A DNA stretch of 39,010 nucleotides from Octopus bimaculoides (lineage: Eukaryota). A model generated the notes under the pieces. The model had not been told where the DNA came from and searched no databases. It was given only the letters and a program-made list of their open reading frames with translations. The position numbers were made by a program, and so were the translations under genes. Shown piece by piece: positions 24,401 through 36,836 of the stretch; the first letter of the stretch is position 1; each line of letters starts with the position of its first letter. The stretch lies in NCBI RefSeq assembly GCF_001194135.2, contig NC_069003.1:16680724-16719733 (forward strand), read 5' to 3'.

Positions 24401-25094
24401 CTACTGCGACCACTAACAACAACTATACTAAAGGTGCTCATTATGATGATAGCAGGAAAATACTAGCTAAGTCAAGAGAAAAGTCAGTAAAAATTATCTT
24501 ATTTTGGGGCTTAAAGTTCTATTACCACAGCTACTCCTACCACCACCACCACCAACAACAACAACAATAATAAAGGATATGATAATGATGATGATGATAA
24601 TTGAAATGTAAATATCCCTGGGAAATGTTGTTTACAACATTTCTAAAAATAGCCCAAGAATTACTGCTTTGGCCAGGATCAAAATACAGGTCTCTTGACA
24701 TGTTCAACAAACCGTGATGCCTAAACCAAACACCAATCAACTTAAGTAATTTAGTAAAATCACACACTGACTGGTCAGAATACAGTTTGCAAAAATTAAC
24801 ATTCTGGGGCCTATACAAATGTATTTAAGGCACACAGTTTAGCCATCTCGCCACAGTTGTAAATTGTAAAACATAACTATCACCACTACTACATGAATCT
24901 GAAGATTGCATAGTTTAATGCATGAAAGTACTAATTCAATCAGAATGGACATTTGATATTCTATCATTTCATTATATTTTTGTAAGATTGTAAATAAAAT
25001 GTGAAAATCAGACAAAGTTGGAATTTCTTTGAGTAATATGTTCTTCTATACACAATCATACACACCCGTATATACACACACACACACACAATAA

Positions 25095-27080
25095 TGTGGA
25101 AGGATCCTGACCATCTTCACGTGACCCAAGGTGGATTGACACATTTCAATAAAATAAAGAAATTGTGTGAACTGTTGGGTAGTTGAAAGTCAATAGTCGA
25201 CAATGTTGATCATTTGTATTGGATTACTATGTTAGTTTAATATTGTTCTTACGACTGGCGTAGTACGGAGTATGTTCTGCAAAAGGTTATTCTAGATAAC
25301 CACATCCAACTCTTTATTTGGGTAATACTATTCGTACACTCTTGTGCACACCTCAGCATTGTCATAACATTGGCAATGAGGATATTCAAATCCAGGTTGG
25401 ATAGATCATTGTTTGAAACATGGAAGAATTACTAGCTTCAGTAATTGAATTACAGCAACAGCAACAGCAACAACAATAGCTGCTACAACAGCAGTTGGTG
25501 GAATTGCAGAAGCAGCAGGAACTGTTAATACAGTTGCTACTCAACAAAACAGAAAATATATCGACCTCGTTCATCCCTGATATGGTCGCAAACTCCATCG
25601 TTAAATTCACATATGACATGGATGAGGGTATTGCCTTTCCTGCGTACTACAAAAGGTATGAGGAGATTTTTAAAGAAGAGTGCTTAGATTGGCAAGAGGA
25701 AAAAAAATCCTGACTTTTATTGAGATAGTTGGCACCAGTCAAACATGAAAAATACTGCAACTATATATTACCAAAGAGACCAAGGGAAGTCTGTTTTAAA
25801 GAAACTGTTGACACCCTTTTCAAAGATTTTCAGCAAGAAAAACTCTTTATTTAATACGTGTTGGCAATGTATAAATATTACAAATAAAGAGGACGAAAAT
25901 TTGATTACATATGCTGGAATTGTTAATAGGGAATGCGAAAAATTTAAAATTAATGAGCTAACACCAGATATGTTTAATTTTCGTGCAAGGTGTAATGATA
26001 AAGAAAGACGGGGAAATTCATAACCAAATTAGAGCAGAATCAGAAGCTAACCCTACAAGAAATATCTGAGAAATGCTGAACAAATTAAAGAAATTGCTCC
26101 CATATAAAGTCAGTGCAACCAAAAGTAAGAAATGAAAAGCAAAAAATTAACTTACATATACAATCGGTGCGACCGAAAGTAAGTAATGGAAAGCAGAAAA
26201 TTAACCCATATTTTGGATGAAGAGAATTACATCACAAAAATTGAAAATGATTCAAGTGTGGTAAGATAGGTCATAAAAAATCACACTGTAAATTAAAAAC
26301 CAAAAAATGGTACAACAGTTTATCAGTGCCAAGAAATACGAACGAGCCTCAAAGGAAATTTGTGTAAAAATTTATGTAAAAATTAATGATAGAAATGTAA
26401 AATTACAGTTAGATACAGGTACTGACATTAATTAATGAAAACATGGAAAAAAATCAAGAAACCTACACTGCAGAAAACCAAAAATTGCCTGTGGTGTCAC
26501 AGGGATTAAATTAATTTTTAAAGGCGAAATTATTTGTTATGTTATATCTTGCAGTAAGACTATAAAAGCGAAAGCTTATGTATTAAAAAATACAAGTAAC
26601 CATTTTAGAACTGACTGGATGGAACTGTTTGACTTATGGTATTTACCCATAAATAATTTTTGTAAAAATGCAATGGGTTCATGCTCCAGTTCAAATACAG
26701 TCAGAAAATTTTTAAAAAGAAGTGCAAAGGCTGTTCCCTAATGTTTTCTCTGACAAGTTGGGTTGATGTAATAAATTCAAAGCCAAATTTCAGGTGAGAG
26801 AAAATGCATTACCAGTTTTCAAACCCAAACGTAATGTACCGTTTACAGTGCTGGAACAGGTACATAAAGAATTAGACAGCCTGGAAAAAATGGGACTGAT
26901 TGAAAATATTGATCACTCAAACTGGGTGAGTCCAGCTGTATATGTTAAAAAGAAGAACAATAAAATACATGTTTGTGCAGATTTCTCAACAGGACTAAAC
27001 GACTGTTTAAAACAGTGTAACTACCCCATTACCTAACCCAGAGGAACTCTCAAAACTAAATGGTGGTAAATTGTTCTCTA
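25095..27080 (+). mobile_element. Gypsy LTR retrotransposon, 3'-truncated: ~160-bp LTR, PBS, gag with zinc knuckle, protease, start of RT
   Basis: TG start at 25095; AATAAA in the LTR; PBS TGGCGTAGT at 25256 (resembles the complement of tRNA-Ser 3' end); CGKIGH; QLDTG; PKRNVPF; WVSPAVYVKK; CADFSTGLN. Confidence 0.9.
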
Positions 27081-27099
27081 CCTTGTTGGGGTAGACAGT

Positions 27100-27860
27100 T
27101 TTTCAAAATGATCTGAAGTGCATAAGTGTAAAAAGCTGACATCTGTGGCTACAGTAAATTGTTTTACATGAATTGTTTGGGCTGCTCATGATCTGTGCTA
27201 TATATTGGATAGGGTATTTGTTTTTTGTTTTTTATTAATGATGGTCATTAAGTAGTTTTATGCTTAGGTTATGCTCTATTTGTTATATTAAGCCCAATTG
27301 TTGCTGGGATGTTGGCTATTTAGAATTATCTTTATATCTCTTAAATGTACAACTGTTCTTTTGTAAACATCTAAAGGCTAGTGCATGTCTTATATTAATT
27401 AATGTGTGTTTTAATGTAAATATTTGGTAAAGCTCTTCTATTTCCCCCACTTGATAAGGCTTAGCAGTACTAAATAGTTCTCAATTGATAGAATAGCTAT
27501 TGTTTTTGTTTTTAATTGACCAAATTAGCTTGTATCATTATTCTTTTCCTATCTTTAAAGGAATTTAAATGATTGACAAGAGAGCTGGCCCCTATATAAA
27601 AGTAGTCCCTTCCCTCCAAGGTAACTTTACATCTATAGACCAGGTTCTTAGTTTTACATTTGAGTTTAACAGCCATACTTTATCTCTAGCACAATTGCAT
27701 AGACCTGTTTGTCTGTTTCTATTATTTATTGTGTTATTGACTTCACCAGAAGTTTCTCCTATTCTTTCTTCCTCTGGACTGGCCAATCATTTAAATTCCT
27801 GTAGTGATAGGAAAAATTAAATAATACAAGCTTAAGTAAACTAAATTGGTCAATTAAATA
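27100..27860 (-). mobile_element. Penelope-like GIY-YIG fragment with a short inverted copy at its 5' junction
   Basis: Minus strand CNC, KCKTKNLVY..YFYIG, LIWSIKNKNNSYSIN(W)ELFSTAKPY; 27820-27858 is an inverted copy of 27510-27541. Confidence 0.75.
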
Positions 27861-28150
27861 ATAATATGCTGTAAATAATTATAATATAAATTTTGTGGAT
27901 GTACAAGTCTCCATACTCTTTATTATTATTAATATTAATATACACTCCGGCCAATTTTTACTGTCCAGCGACGAGAACACAGAATTGCCCATCGGAAGAA
28001 TTTACGGAGTGACTAACAACTAAATGTAGTCACAGACGTTAGATACTGATCATTGTGGTTAGCCATTAACTGGAACTTTACTGAGAGCTAATATGGTATC
28101 TGCCCAGATAATATACCCCTCCAAACTCACTTTTATATATATATGCACAC

Positions 28151-28183
<33 letters not shown>

Positions 28184-28224
28184 TGCATATATATGTATGT
28201 TTGCATCATATGTGCGTGTGTGTA

Positions 28225-28429
28225 TCTTGGTTTATCTTTTATTTGTTTGTCATCAGACTGTGGTCATGATGGGGCACCACATTGATTTTTTAGTCAAATG
28301 TATCATCCCCAGTACTTGTTTTTTAAAAACCTGGTACTTATTCTATCAGTCTCTTTTGCTGAACTGCTAAGTTACAGCACCAATTGTCAAGTGTGGTGTG
28401 GGGACAAACACAGACACAAAGACACACAT

Positions 28430-28478
<49 letters not shown>

Positions 28479-29296
28479 CTGTCTGTAAAAACATAAATCC
28501 GAAAGAAGAAGCACACTCTAAGATCTAGAGCAGTATATATTAAGAATGGGAAGACCAGTTTATGAGATTACCTTAGGTCCCTCATCCATAAAGGGTTCGG
28601 CTTTATGGCGTATCATCAGATCCCAAAAACCTGTTGGTCCAAGACCTCTTAAAAATATGGAGGAGGAAATGCCTTACTACTCAAAGGTAACGATTAGGGA
28701 TTATCCCCCTTCGTTATTGGCTATTGACTTTCCAGCTGTGCCACCATCTTGTGTGCTCCACAAAAGCTAGCAGGAACCTCTTGAAATGTAAACATGGCCC
28801 AAAAATTTCCGTTCTGGAGTTAAGTATGGAATCCCATAGCTGGCCATTGATGTTACAATGTAACGTCACTAGCCAGCTATGTTTGGCACTTAAGAGATGA
28901 TGGAATTCCATATTCAATCTCATGGAAAATCCTTGAGAACCCAGGCCCCTACATCAATGGGTTGAAGCATTGCAAGTCATGCATAGCCGAACATGTGAGA
29001 ATCCTGAAGGACTCACTTGAACCAGAATGGAGATTTTGGGGGCATGTTTACATTTCAGGAAGTTCTTGCTAGCTTTTTGGAGCCCACAAAATAGCGATAC
29101 ACCTGGAAGTCAATAGCCAATAGCGAAGGGAGATAATCCTTAATTGTTACCTTTGAGCAGTGAGGCATTTCCTCCTCCATATTTTTAAGAGGTCTTGGGC
29201 CAACAGGTTTTTGGGATCTGACGATATGCCATAAAGCTAAACCTGTTATGAACTGGAAGCCTAAGATAATCCCATAAACTGGCCGTCCCTATTTTT

Positions 29297-29341
<45 letters not shown>

Positions 29342-29490
29342 ACAGGCTTCTTTCAGTTTTCGTCTACCAAATAAGGCTTTAATCAGTCTGAGGCTATAGT
29401 AGAAGACACTTGCCCAAGATACTGCACAGTGGAACTGAACTCCGAACCATATGGTTGGGAAGCAAGCTTCTTACCATTCAGCCATCATCA
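28225..29490 (-). mobile_element. tRNA-derived SINE split in two (28225-28480 and 29335-29490) by an insertion into its central microsatellite
   Basis: The two halves match consecutive parts of the intact copy at 32330-32726. Confidence 0.8.
28534..29305 (+). mobile_element. Penelope mini-element: inverted pLTR, GIY-YIG C-terminus, pLTR
   Basis: ~285-bp inverted arms (28534-28817 / 29022-29305); the spacer reads TSLASYVWHLRDDGIPYSISWKILENPGPYINGLKHCKSCIAEH. Confidence 0.85.
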
Positions 29491-29699
29491 TCATTTTTGT
29501 TATCATTGTTCTTACATCCATTCTTTTTTCAATCTAGCAGGGTTTAAAACTCAGAACCATCACTACAACTACTAATGCCACCACCACTGCTGATGCTGCT
29601 ACTACTACTACTTCAGTGTCCTAACCCCTCCCCTACTCAGCCTCAACCAAATTCCATTTCCTGGTAAGATGATATGTAATTGAAAGAAGTTGTACTAGC

Positions 29700-29780
29700 C
29701 TGAAGTAAAGCAGCTCGAAGTCGGTGGATCCAGTCCTTTGGAGGGAAACTGCCCAGGGCTGGCCGGTTGATAAAGTGGAT
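29700..29780 (-). CDS. ABAT: ABAT-like exon, 81 nt: IHFINRPALGSFPPKDWIHRLRAALLQ (GC donor)
   Basis: ttttcaag acceptor; FxNRPALG motif; donor reads CAG|GCTAGT. Confidence 0.93.
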
Positions 29781-30110
29781 CTTGAAAAGGAAGATAGAGA
29801 TAATGAGAGTGAGAAAGAAACACTAAGAAAGTGAGGGGGAGTGCAAGTTCATATTTAAGTCAGTTGACAGAAAATATCATCATCATCATGATTATACATC
29901 ATTGTCATCATCATCACATTATCATCACGATCATCATCATCAGCACCATCACCACCAACATCATCATGACCACAACCACCATCATTATAGTTGTTGTCAT
30001 CATTGGTTTTACATCCATTCCTGTTTTCAATCAGGCAGTATTGTACAAAACTTATAGAAGCAGTATTCCTTCCTGATGCAAACCTTTAATTGTAGGTATT
30101 TTTAAGGTTG

Positions 30111-30350
30111 TTAAAATCCTTTAGTATTTGGATTACTCTGTTAGATGTAATGCTTATTTATCATATTTGCATTGTTTTGAATTAATCATGTATTATCTCA
30201 TAGCTTTGAAATTTCAATGATGTGATTGCTTATTTTTAGAATGACATTGTAGGGTATGTGTGAGATGAGAGGCTGGATCTGGCTGGTTTGAATATAAAAC
30301 AAGTAGAATATTTGAATCAGATATGACTGGTTCAAATGTTAAAATCTTTA
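30111..30350. mobile_element. Degenerate MITE-like repeat
   Basis: Weak terminal inverted motif (TTAA..CCTTTAG(C/T)ATT-like); the internal sequence resembles a common octopod repeat (from memory). Confidence 0.4.
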
Positions 30351-30579
30351 GGTATATTTAGTGATTGGTCTTCACATGTTGAAATTAATGAAAGTGCTGA
30401 GCTAATGCAATGTATTGTTAACAGGAGACATAACCAAGTGTTACTGTTTTTGTTTATATGGTGTCAATGAGAGGACATGCAGAAACAAACATTTACATAC
30501 ATACACTGCACATACAAACACACAATTAAGCAAACACACACAAATACCTGAAAATATGCACGTATTCGTACAAGCGGAC

Positions 30580-30735
30580 TTCAGGACTGTTTCTGTTGAT
30601 AAACTCTTATTCAGAAGGTATTGGTTACATTAAGGCTGTAATAGAAGACTACTTGCCCAAGGTGCCAAGCACGAAGATGGAACCTGAGACCATATGGTTG
30701 CAAAGTAAACTTCTTAACCATATGATCGTACCTCA
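30580..30735 (-). mobile_element. tRNA-derived SINE head fragment
   Basis: AATAGAAGACTACTTGCCCAAGGTGCC...CATATGGTTGCAAAG. Confidence 0.7.
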
Positions 30736-30789
30736 TACCTGCAGCTATTGCAGCTTCTCTATTTTATCATCATTATGACTATGATCAAC

Positions 30790-32320
30790 TACCTCTAGGA
30801 GACCAGCTAGTCTATCTGGTTGAGTGAGTTGGCTGGATCAGTGCATCTCTTCCATGTCAAATGTCCTCATCTTCCATATCCTCAACATGAAATCCAGTGT
30901 CTTCCATAAATTGATCAATATATACTCTTTTTGGTCTACTAGCTCCTGTATATCCAAGCATGGGTTTCCAGAGAAGGAGATTGCTGGATATTTCATCCTT
31001 GCTTCTCCAACAGTGTACTGCATAACATATTCTTCCTTCTCTGATTACTGAGGGAGAAAAACGGCATACAGGTGTGGCTGCCAAGAAAGATTAAGAACTG
31101 CATGAAACATTCTTGTGTATGTACCATCATGCTTCTTTTCAAGTCTCTTGCTCAGAATCTATGCTGAAGGGCCACAGGGAAGTACTGATTCAACATATGC
31201 TTTGGAGAAACCTCTCTTCATGTTGTTAGGGAGAGAAGACTTCCACATACGAGGTTCAGCTGAAAAATTCATAGGCTGACCAAGATACTCTAATGGAATG
31301 TGATCAAATGAGATTTATTTTTCAATATAGAACCCCTTCAGTTAAATAGGGTGGGTGATCAACCAGTTCAAATCCACAGTCATGTACTGCAGGTAGTGAA
31401 ATGAAGAACTTGTGTACTGGAGCAGTGTCTTGATGAAACAAGATTCTTTTTGTCAGTTTTCCTGGCTTTTTAACCTTGATAGCCTTTTGTAACTGTCTCA
31501 GAAAGTTGACATAGAACTCTCTCTTGAAACATCCAAGGAAACCAGTTGGATCTGCCTCAAATAATGTCAGATTTTCCTAGATGTGGTGCCCACTAAGGGG
31601 GAACCTTTGTCATGCCAAATTCATTGTGCAGAATATTTTCAACTCAATTGTGGGATATGCTATTAGCATTGGATATTTGATTTATAGTCAGTCACCTGTC
31701 ATCCATCACATCATGTGATCAATGTTTTGTTTGGTAGTGGCAGTTTCAGGATGTCCAGGCGTTGTATCACCTTCAAATTCAGCTGCCCATTTTTGCACTG
31801 TTGATGAAGTTGGAGCATCATCCCCTAATGTAGCAACCATGTCAGCATGAATGTGGGGCTAAATCCTTTTCCTGGAAGTATTTGATAAAACTGTAATGCC
31901 AAATTTTGTCCATTTTCAAGAAAAGTCACTACTAGCTACTCTTGAAGTGTTTGTTCTTTGAACAGTCAGATGTCAGTTTGCTTGGAAAGAAACAATGCAG
32001 TTATTAAGAAGAAGAGCTGAGATTAATGCATGCAAGATTTCACAGCTCAAGCATCATTCCTTCTTAACCAGCCTGTGAACATTTCAGTACCCTTATAATT
32101 CTGAGTTTCTCCAGAGCTTTCCATATTTTTGCAATCATTGTCTAGACATCCTTTTCTCTCAAAACAATGTTACTTCTAGGAAGGGAAAGTCATCAACCAT
32201 CTTCAGATTGGTGCCATTCAGAATACAGATATGATCTGCATGTAATAACAGCCAAACCATGCTCAAATTATTTCTTATCAATTCAAATAAAATGAAGGTC
32301 ACATCAGATACCAGATGATG
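30790..32320 (-). mobile_element. RTE LINE 3' portion interrupted by a mariner insertion (31250-32095)
   Basis: LNGTNLKMVDDF right of the mariner; HCWRSKDEISSNLLLWKP..G..RP..YIDQ left of it. Confidence 0.82.
31250..32095 (-). mobile_element. Internally deleted mariner element with TIRs and TA flanks
   Basis: TA-CGAGGTTCAGCTGAAAAATTCATAGGCTG vs the right-end reverse complement TA-TAAGGGTACTGAAATGTTCACAGGCTG; transposase N- and C-terminal remnants. Confidence 0.85.
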
Positions 32321-32329
32321 TATTATTCT

Positions 32330-32726
32330 TATATTTGTTTCAGTCATTTGACTGCGGCCATGCTGGAGCACTGCTTTTAGTCGAGCAAATTGACCCCAGG
32401 ATTTATTCTTTGTAAGCCTAGTACTTATTCTATCAGTCTCTTTTTGCCGAACCACTAAATTGCGGGGACGTAAACACACCAGCATCGGTTGTCAAGCGAT
32501 GTTGGAGGGACAAGCACAGACACACAAACATGTATACACACACATACATATATATATACATATATACGATGGGCTTCTTTCAGTTTCTGTCTACCAAATC
32601 CACTCACAAGGCTTTGGTCAGCCCGAGGCTATAGTAGAAGACACTTGCCCAATGTGCCACGCAGTGAGACTGAATCTGGAACCATATGGTTGGTAAGCAA
32701 GCTACTTACCACACAGCCACTCCTGC
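32330..32726 (-). mobile_element. Full-length tRNA-derived SINE (best copy in the window)
   Basis: Minus-strand head GCAGGAGTGGCTGTGTGG (A-box-like), GATTCAGTCTC (B-box-like), TGGGCAAGTGTCTTCTACTATAGCC, central (CA/TA)n. Confidence 0.9.
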
Positions 32727-33009
32727 ACTCTGGAGAAAAGAATTACTGAATGGTTCAGGTTGTATTGCCTTTTTCCATAGATTTGCTCATTTAAGACTTG
32801 CTAAAGAGCAACAGCAATCATTGAGGTGTCTAAACATGGTTGTTCTATTTGCTAGAAATAGCAGCCAAATCTCTCTCAGAATCACACTTCATCATCTTAA
32901 ATAACGGTAACAATCTAGAGAGAGAGAGAGAGATAGACAGACATAGTGAGAAAGGGATGGGAGATAAGGAGAGTGACAGACAGATAGTGTGAGAAAGGGA
33001 AGAATTACC

Positions 33010-33090
33010 ACTTCTATTTCACTTGTAGTTTATTAATTGACCCTGAAAGAATGAAAGGTGAAGTTGACCTCAGTGGAATTTGAACAGTGG
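33010..33090 (-). mobile_element. Fragment of the Nin-like SINE family
   Basis: Reverse complement of GAGGTCAACTT..CCTTTCATTCTTTCAGGGTCAATTAATAA. Confidence 0.65.
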
Positions 33091-34400
33091 CAGCTTGTAA
33101 ATAAAATTAGTTGGGGTGCAACTTCAGAAAATTTCCAGCAGTTGTTTTAATATTGTGTAAAAGGAAACAAACATATAAAAAGAAAATTTATACATAAACT
33201 TGATTGGTTTGGGTTTTAGCCACTGCTGGGTAGTGTGTTTAATTTGTTCACTGAACACCGTTGTGAATTCCCCCTTGTTTTTCAAAAATCCCCCCATAAT
33301 CACAAAATAAGGGNNNNNNNNNNNNNNNNNNNNNNNNNNNNNNNNNNNNNNNNNNNNNNNNNNNNNNNNNNNNNNNNNNNNNNNNNNNNNNNNNNNNNNN
33401 NNNNNNNNNNNNNNNNNNNNNNAAGGGGGGGGGGGAATGTACCCTATTTTTCAAATCCTGGCAGCAACACTGAACAGGATAATAATCTAATTCTACACTT
33501 TATCACATTCAAGAATATAAAGACGTTTTTAAGCACAACATACGCGGAGTCAAAAAGAAACACTACCTTTCACCAGCACACTGGGGTTGGCACTACGTGA
33601 ATGACAGTACTCTCCCTCCCTAGTGTGAAGCTTCCTTTCATGGACATGTGAGCATGCGCACAACAGCCAAACACCGCATTGCTGGAATTGTGAAGCGCAC
33701 AGTTCTATACAAGGATTTTTGTATTTTTTCCATAAACTAGAGGATGGCTACTGATATTAAGTTTAAGGATTATATAATGTACAAGTATAAAGAAAGAATT
33801 AAAGAAAAGAGAACTCATTATATTGAATGTTATCGATAATATCAAGTGGAAATAGGGTGTGCTGCAGTTACGCAGTGTCTATACATGAGCCACTACTAGA
33901 TTTGAACTTGCAACACAGAGAACCACTCTAGTTGGTGTGCTAATGGTTCTATCAATTCACTGCCTTCGGATTCCTTATAGAATACATACATCATTTAATA
34001 TGTGGGTATTTGTAAATATCCTAGGTTTAGACTTGCTACATCATGTCTCCATGGGTTGTAAGAAGGTGACAGAAAGGACAACAAGCTGTAAAACATTGCC
34101 TCAAAAAGTACCGTCCAACACATCAACCCATGCCAGCACAGGAAACAAGATGTAAAACATATCAATGATGCTGCTGCTTCTGCTGCTGATGATGATGATG
34201 GCTTATGATGTTGTTGGTGGTGGTGTTGATGAGGATCACAATGATGATGATGAAAATGGTATAGGTGATGATGATGGTGATGATAATGTTGAATGGTAAT
34301 GGTTTTGTTGTTGTTGGTGATGATAGTCATAGTAGTGATCATGATGATGATTATGAACACAACGGATATCAGATTAAAAAAGAGGATTTTAGATTCTTAC

Positions 34401-34450
34401 CTTATTTCTGGGTTCATTTAAAACCATTTCAAGTCGTGGGTGATTGTAAC
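34401..34450 (-). CDS. ABAT: ABAT-like exon, 50 nt: (G)YNHPRLEMVLNEPRNK
   Basis: tttcag acceptor, gtaaga donor; GYNHP motif; phases fit both neighbouring exons. Confidence 0.93.
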
Positions 34451-34501
34451 CTGAAAGTGAATTTAAATAAACATCAACGATATTTAGGGAGAGAGAAATT
34501 A

Positions 34502-35660
34502 CAAGAGTTGGATGAAAAGGTCATAGGTTGACCAAGATACTCTTATGGATGTGACCAAATGAGGTTTATTTTTCAATATCGACTCCCTTGTGGTCCACAC
34601 ACTTCTTCCATCAGTGTTGCAGTGCTTGGATCCCATGGGTGAAAAAGCTTTCATCCGGTTGATTAAAAAAGTCATCAACAGCAGATACAACATCATCATC
34701 ACCAAGTGTTTTCTCATGTTGGGGACAAATGGCATGATGAAGGTTCCCCCCTCAGTGGGTGCCAGAGAATGATCAACCAATGCAAAACCACAGTCATGCA
34801 CAACAGCTACTGAAACCAAGGACTTGTGTGCTAGAGCAGTGTCTTGATAAAACAAGATCCCTTTTGACAGTTTTCCTGGATTTTGGCCTTGATAGGCTTT
34901 TGTAACTGCCTCAGCAAGTTGGTATAGTACTTGCCATTGGTGGTGTGGCCCTTTTGAAGATAATTAATAAACACAATGTTTTTTGCATCCTAAAAAACTG
35001 AAGCCATCACCTTCCCTGCAGATAAAACGACCTTCGCCATCTTTGGAACAGGTGATGTGGGGTGCTTTCACTGCATGGACTATCTGTGGGTTGAGAAACA
35101 TCCATGGAAACTAGCTGGATTTGCTTCAAACAATGTCAGATTTTCCTGTAATGTGATTGGCTTGGTGCACTTTTGATTAGGTAACAGAAGACATGGCACC
35201 CACTGAGGGGGGAACCTTCATCATGCCAAGAATATTCTCAACTCTCTTGCAGGATATACTAATAACATTGGCCACTTGATTTATAGTTAATCACCTGTCA
35301 TCCATCACCATGTTTTCATTGGTGGTAGCAGTTGCAGGACGTCGAGACCTTGGGTCACCTTTAAGACTCTCCCTTCCCTGGTTAAATTCAGCTGTCCACT
35401 TTTGCACTGTCAATAAAGCTGGAACATCATCCCCTAACATAGCAACCATGTCAGCATGAATGTCCTTGGTGGCTAAATCTTTTTCCTGCAAGTACTTGAT
35501 AAAATTGTGCTGCTAATTGCTACTTGTTACTTTTGAAGTGTTTGTTCTTTGAACAGCTTACTTAAAAAGAACAAAACAGTTATTAATAAGAAGAGCTGAA
35601 GCTAATGTATGCAAGATTTCACAGCTCTAGTCAGCCTGTGAACTTTTCAGCTTACTCTTG
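34502..35660 (-). mobile_element. Second internally deleted mariner element, same family as 31250-32095
   Basis: TA-CAAGAGTTGGATGAAAAGGTCATAGGTTGAC vs TA-CAAGAGTAAGCTGAAAAGTTCACAGGCTGAC; KDIHADMVAMLGDD..QKWTAEF..GRESL..DPRS.RP. Confidence 0.88.
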
Positions 35661-35674
35661 TATATCACAAATAA

Positions 35675-35995
35675 CTGGCACTCTGTCACGACAACAAGAG
35701 TTCCAGTTGATCAACAGAACAGCCTGCTCATGAAATCAACATGCAAGTGGCTGAGCACTCCACAGACACATGTATCCTTAATGTAGTTCTCAGGGATGTA
35801 GAATGCAACAAGGCTGGCCCTTTGAAATACAGGAACTTCTCATTTTTGCCAGCTGTGGCAACATTTTTGCCTGCATTTTTGCTAGCTGGAGCAACATGAA
35901 ATAAAGTGCCTTGCTCAAGGACACAATGCACCACCAAAAATCGAATGCATGACCTGATGACTGTAAGCCCAATATCCCAAGCAATAAGCCACATA
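35675..35995 (-). mobile_element. tRNA-derived SINE with a GTGTCCTTGAGCAAGGCACTT central box
   Basis: tRNA-like head on the minus strand followed by the conserved box. Confidence 0.75.
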
Positions 35996-36312
35996 CCTTC
36001 ACAAATATAAATATAATAAACTACTGAACTGCTGTTGACAGGATATTGATTAAATTGGTAAGGTACTTTGTTGGATTTTGGGGACAGTCATTATGCCAAT
36101 AACATACACACACATTAGTTCTATATCACTTCTTTGTTTTTCATGAATTGGTTAACTATTTAACTAATCAACTTTTTTATTAACCATTCATTTAATGTAT
36201 CAATATACATATATATACATAAATATACATATGGTAGACAGGCGGACTGATTTGTTAATAGACTGATTTATTGATGGACAGAGAAACAGACAAACAATGG
36301 CAGGCAACTTAC

Positions 36313-36430
36313 CAAGAGGAATGGAAGCAATCATTGTGTAGAAATCGAGAAGGACATTGCCATCGATGTCAGCAATGTAGTTACCTTGACTGTTGTGGAA
36401 GTCTACAAAGAACTGGACAGCTCCAGCATT
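36313..36430 (-). CDS. ABAT: ABAT-like exon, 118 nt: [39 protein letters not shown](G)
   Basis: ccacag acceptor, gtaagt donor; GNYxxDxDGNxxLD motif. Confidence 0.96.
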
Positions 36431-36836
36431 CTGTGGATTTGGGAAGAGAGATTAAAGGAGATTAGCAAAAGTGGTAGAGGTGATAGTGGTGGTGGTGATG
36501 GTGGAAGTGGTTGTATGGTAGTTTGGTGTGGTGGTGGTAGTAGTGGTGCTGCTATATATTCTTTTTGAACCACACACATACACATATACACGTATATACA
36601 TTCACATATACATCTATATATATATATTCCCATATACATATATATGCATTTACATATACAGGAACACACATACACACACACATATACATGCAGACCAGCC
36701 ATATATACACATATATATATATACATCAATCATACACACACCACCAATCACACACACACCACCACCACCACCACCACCATATATACAGATTTGTACACAC
36801 ACTAATAATTTATACACAACAACCATATATACATAC

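Noticed and set aside
24440-24475. Hammerhead-like ATGATGA...GCTAAGTC after the Penelope at 23060-24400
   Set aside because: Core too degenerate (no CUGA, no GAAA)
24622-24643. GAAATGTTGT-TT-ACAACATTTC palindrome
   Set aside because: A 10-bp AT-rich stem is plausible by chance in 39 kb
24537-24818. 93-aa minus-strand ORF with a non-repetitive core
   Set aside because: No recognisable motif, does not fit ABAT phases, and a third of it is microsatellite
32660-32726. tRNA-like sequence
   Set aside because: SINE head with A/B-box-like motifs; no full cloverleaf
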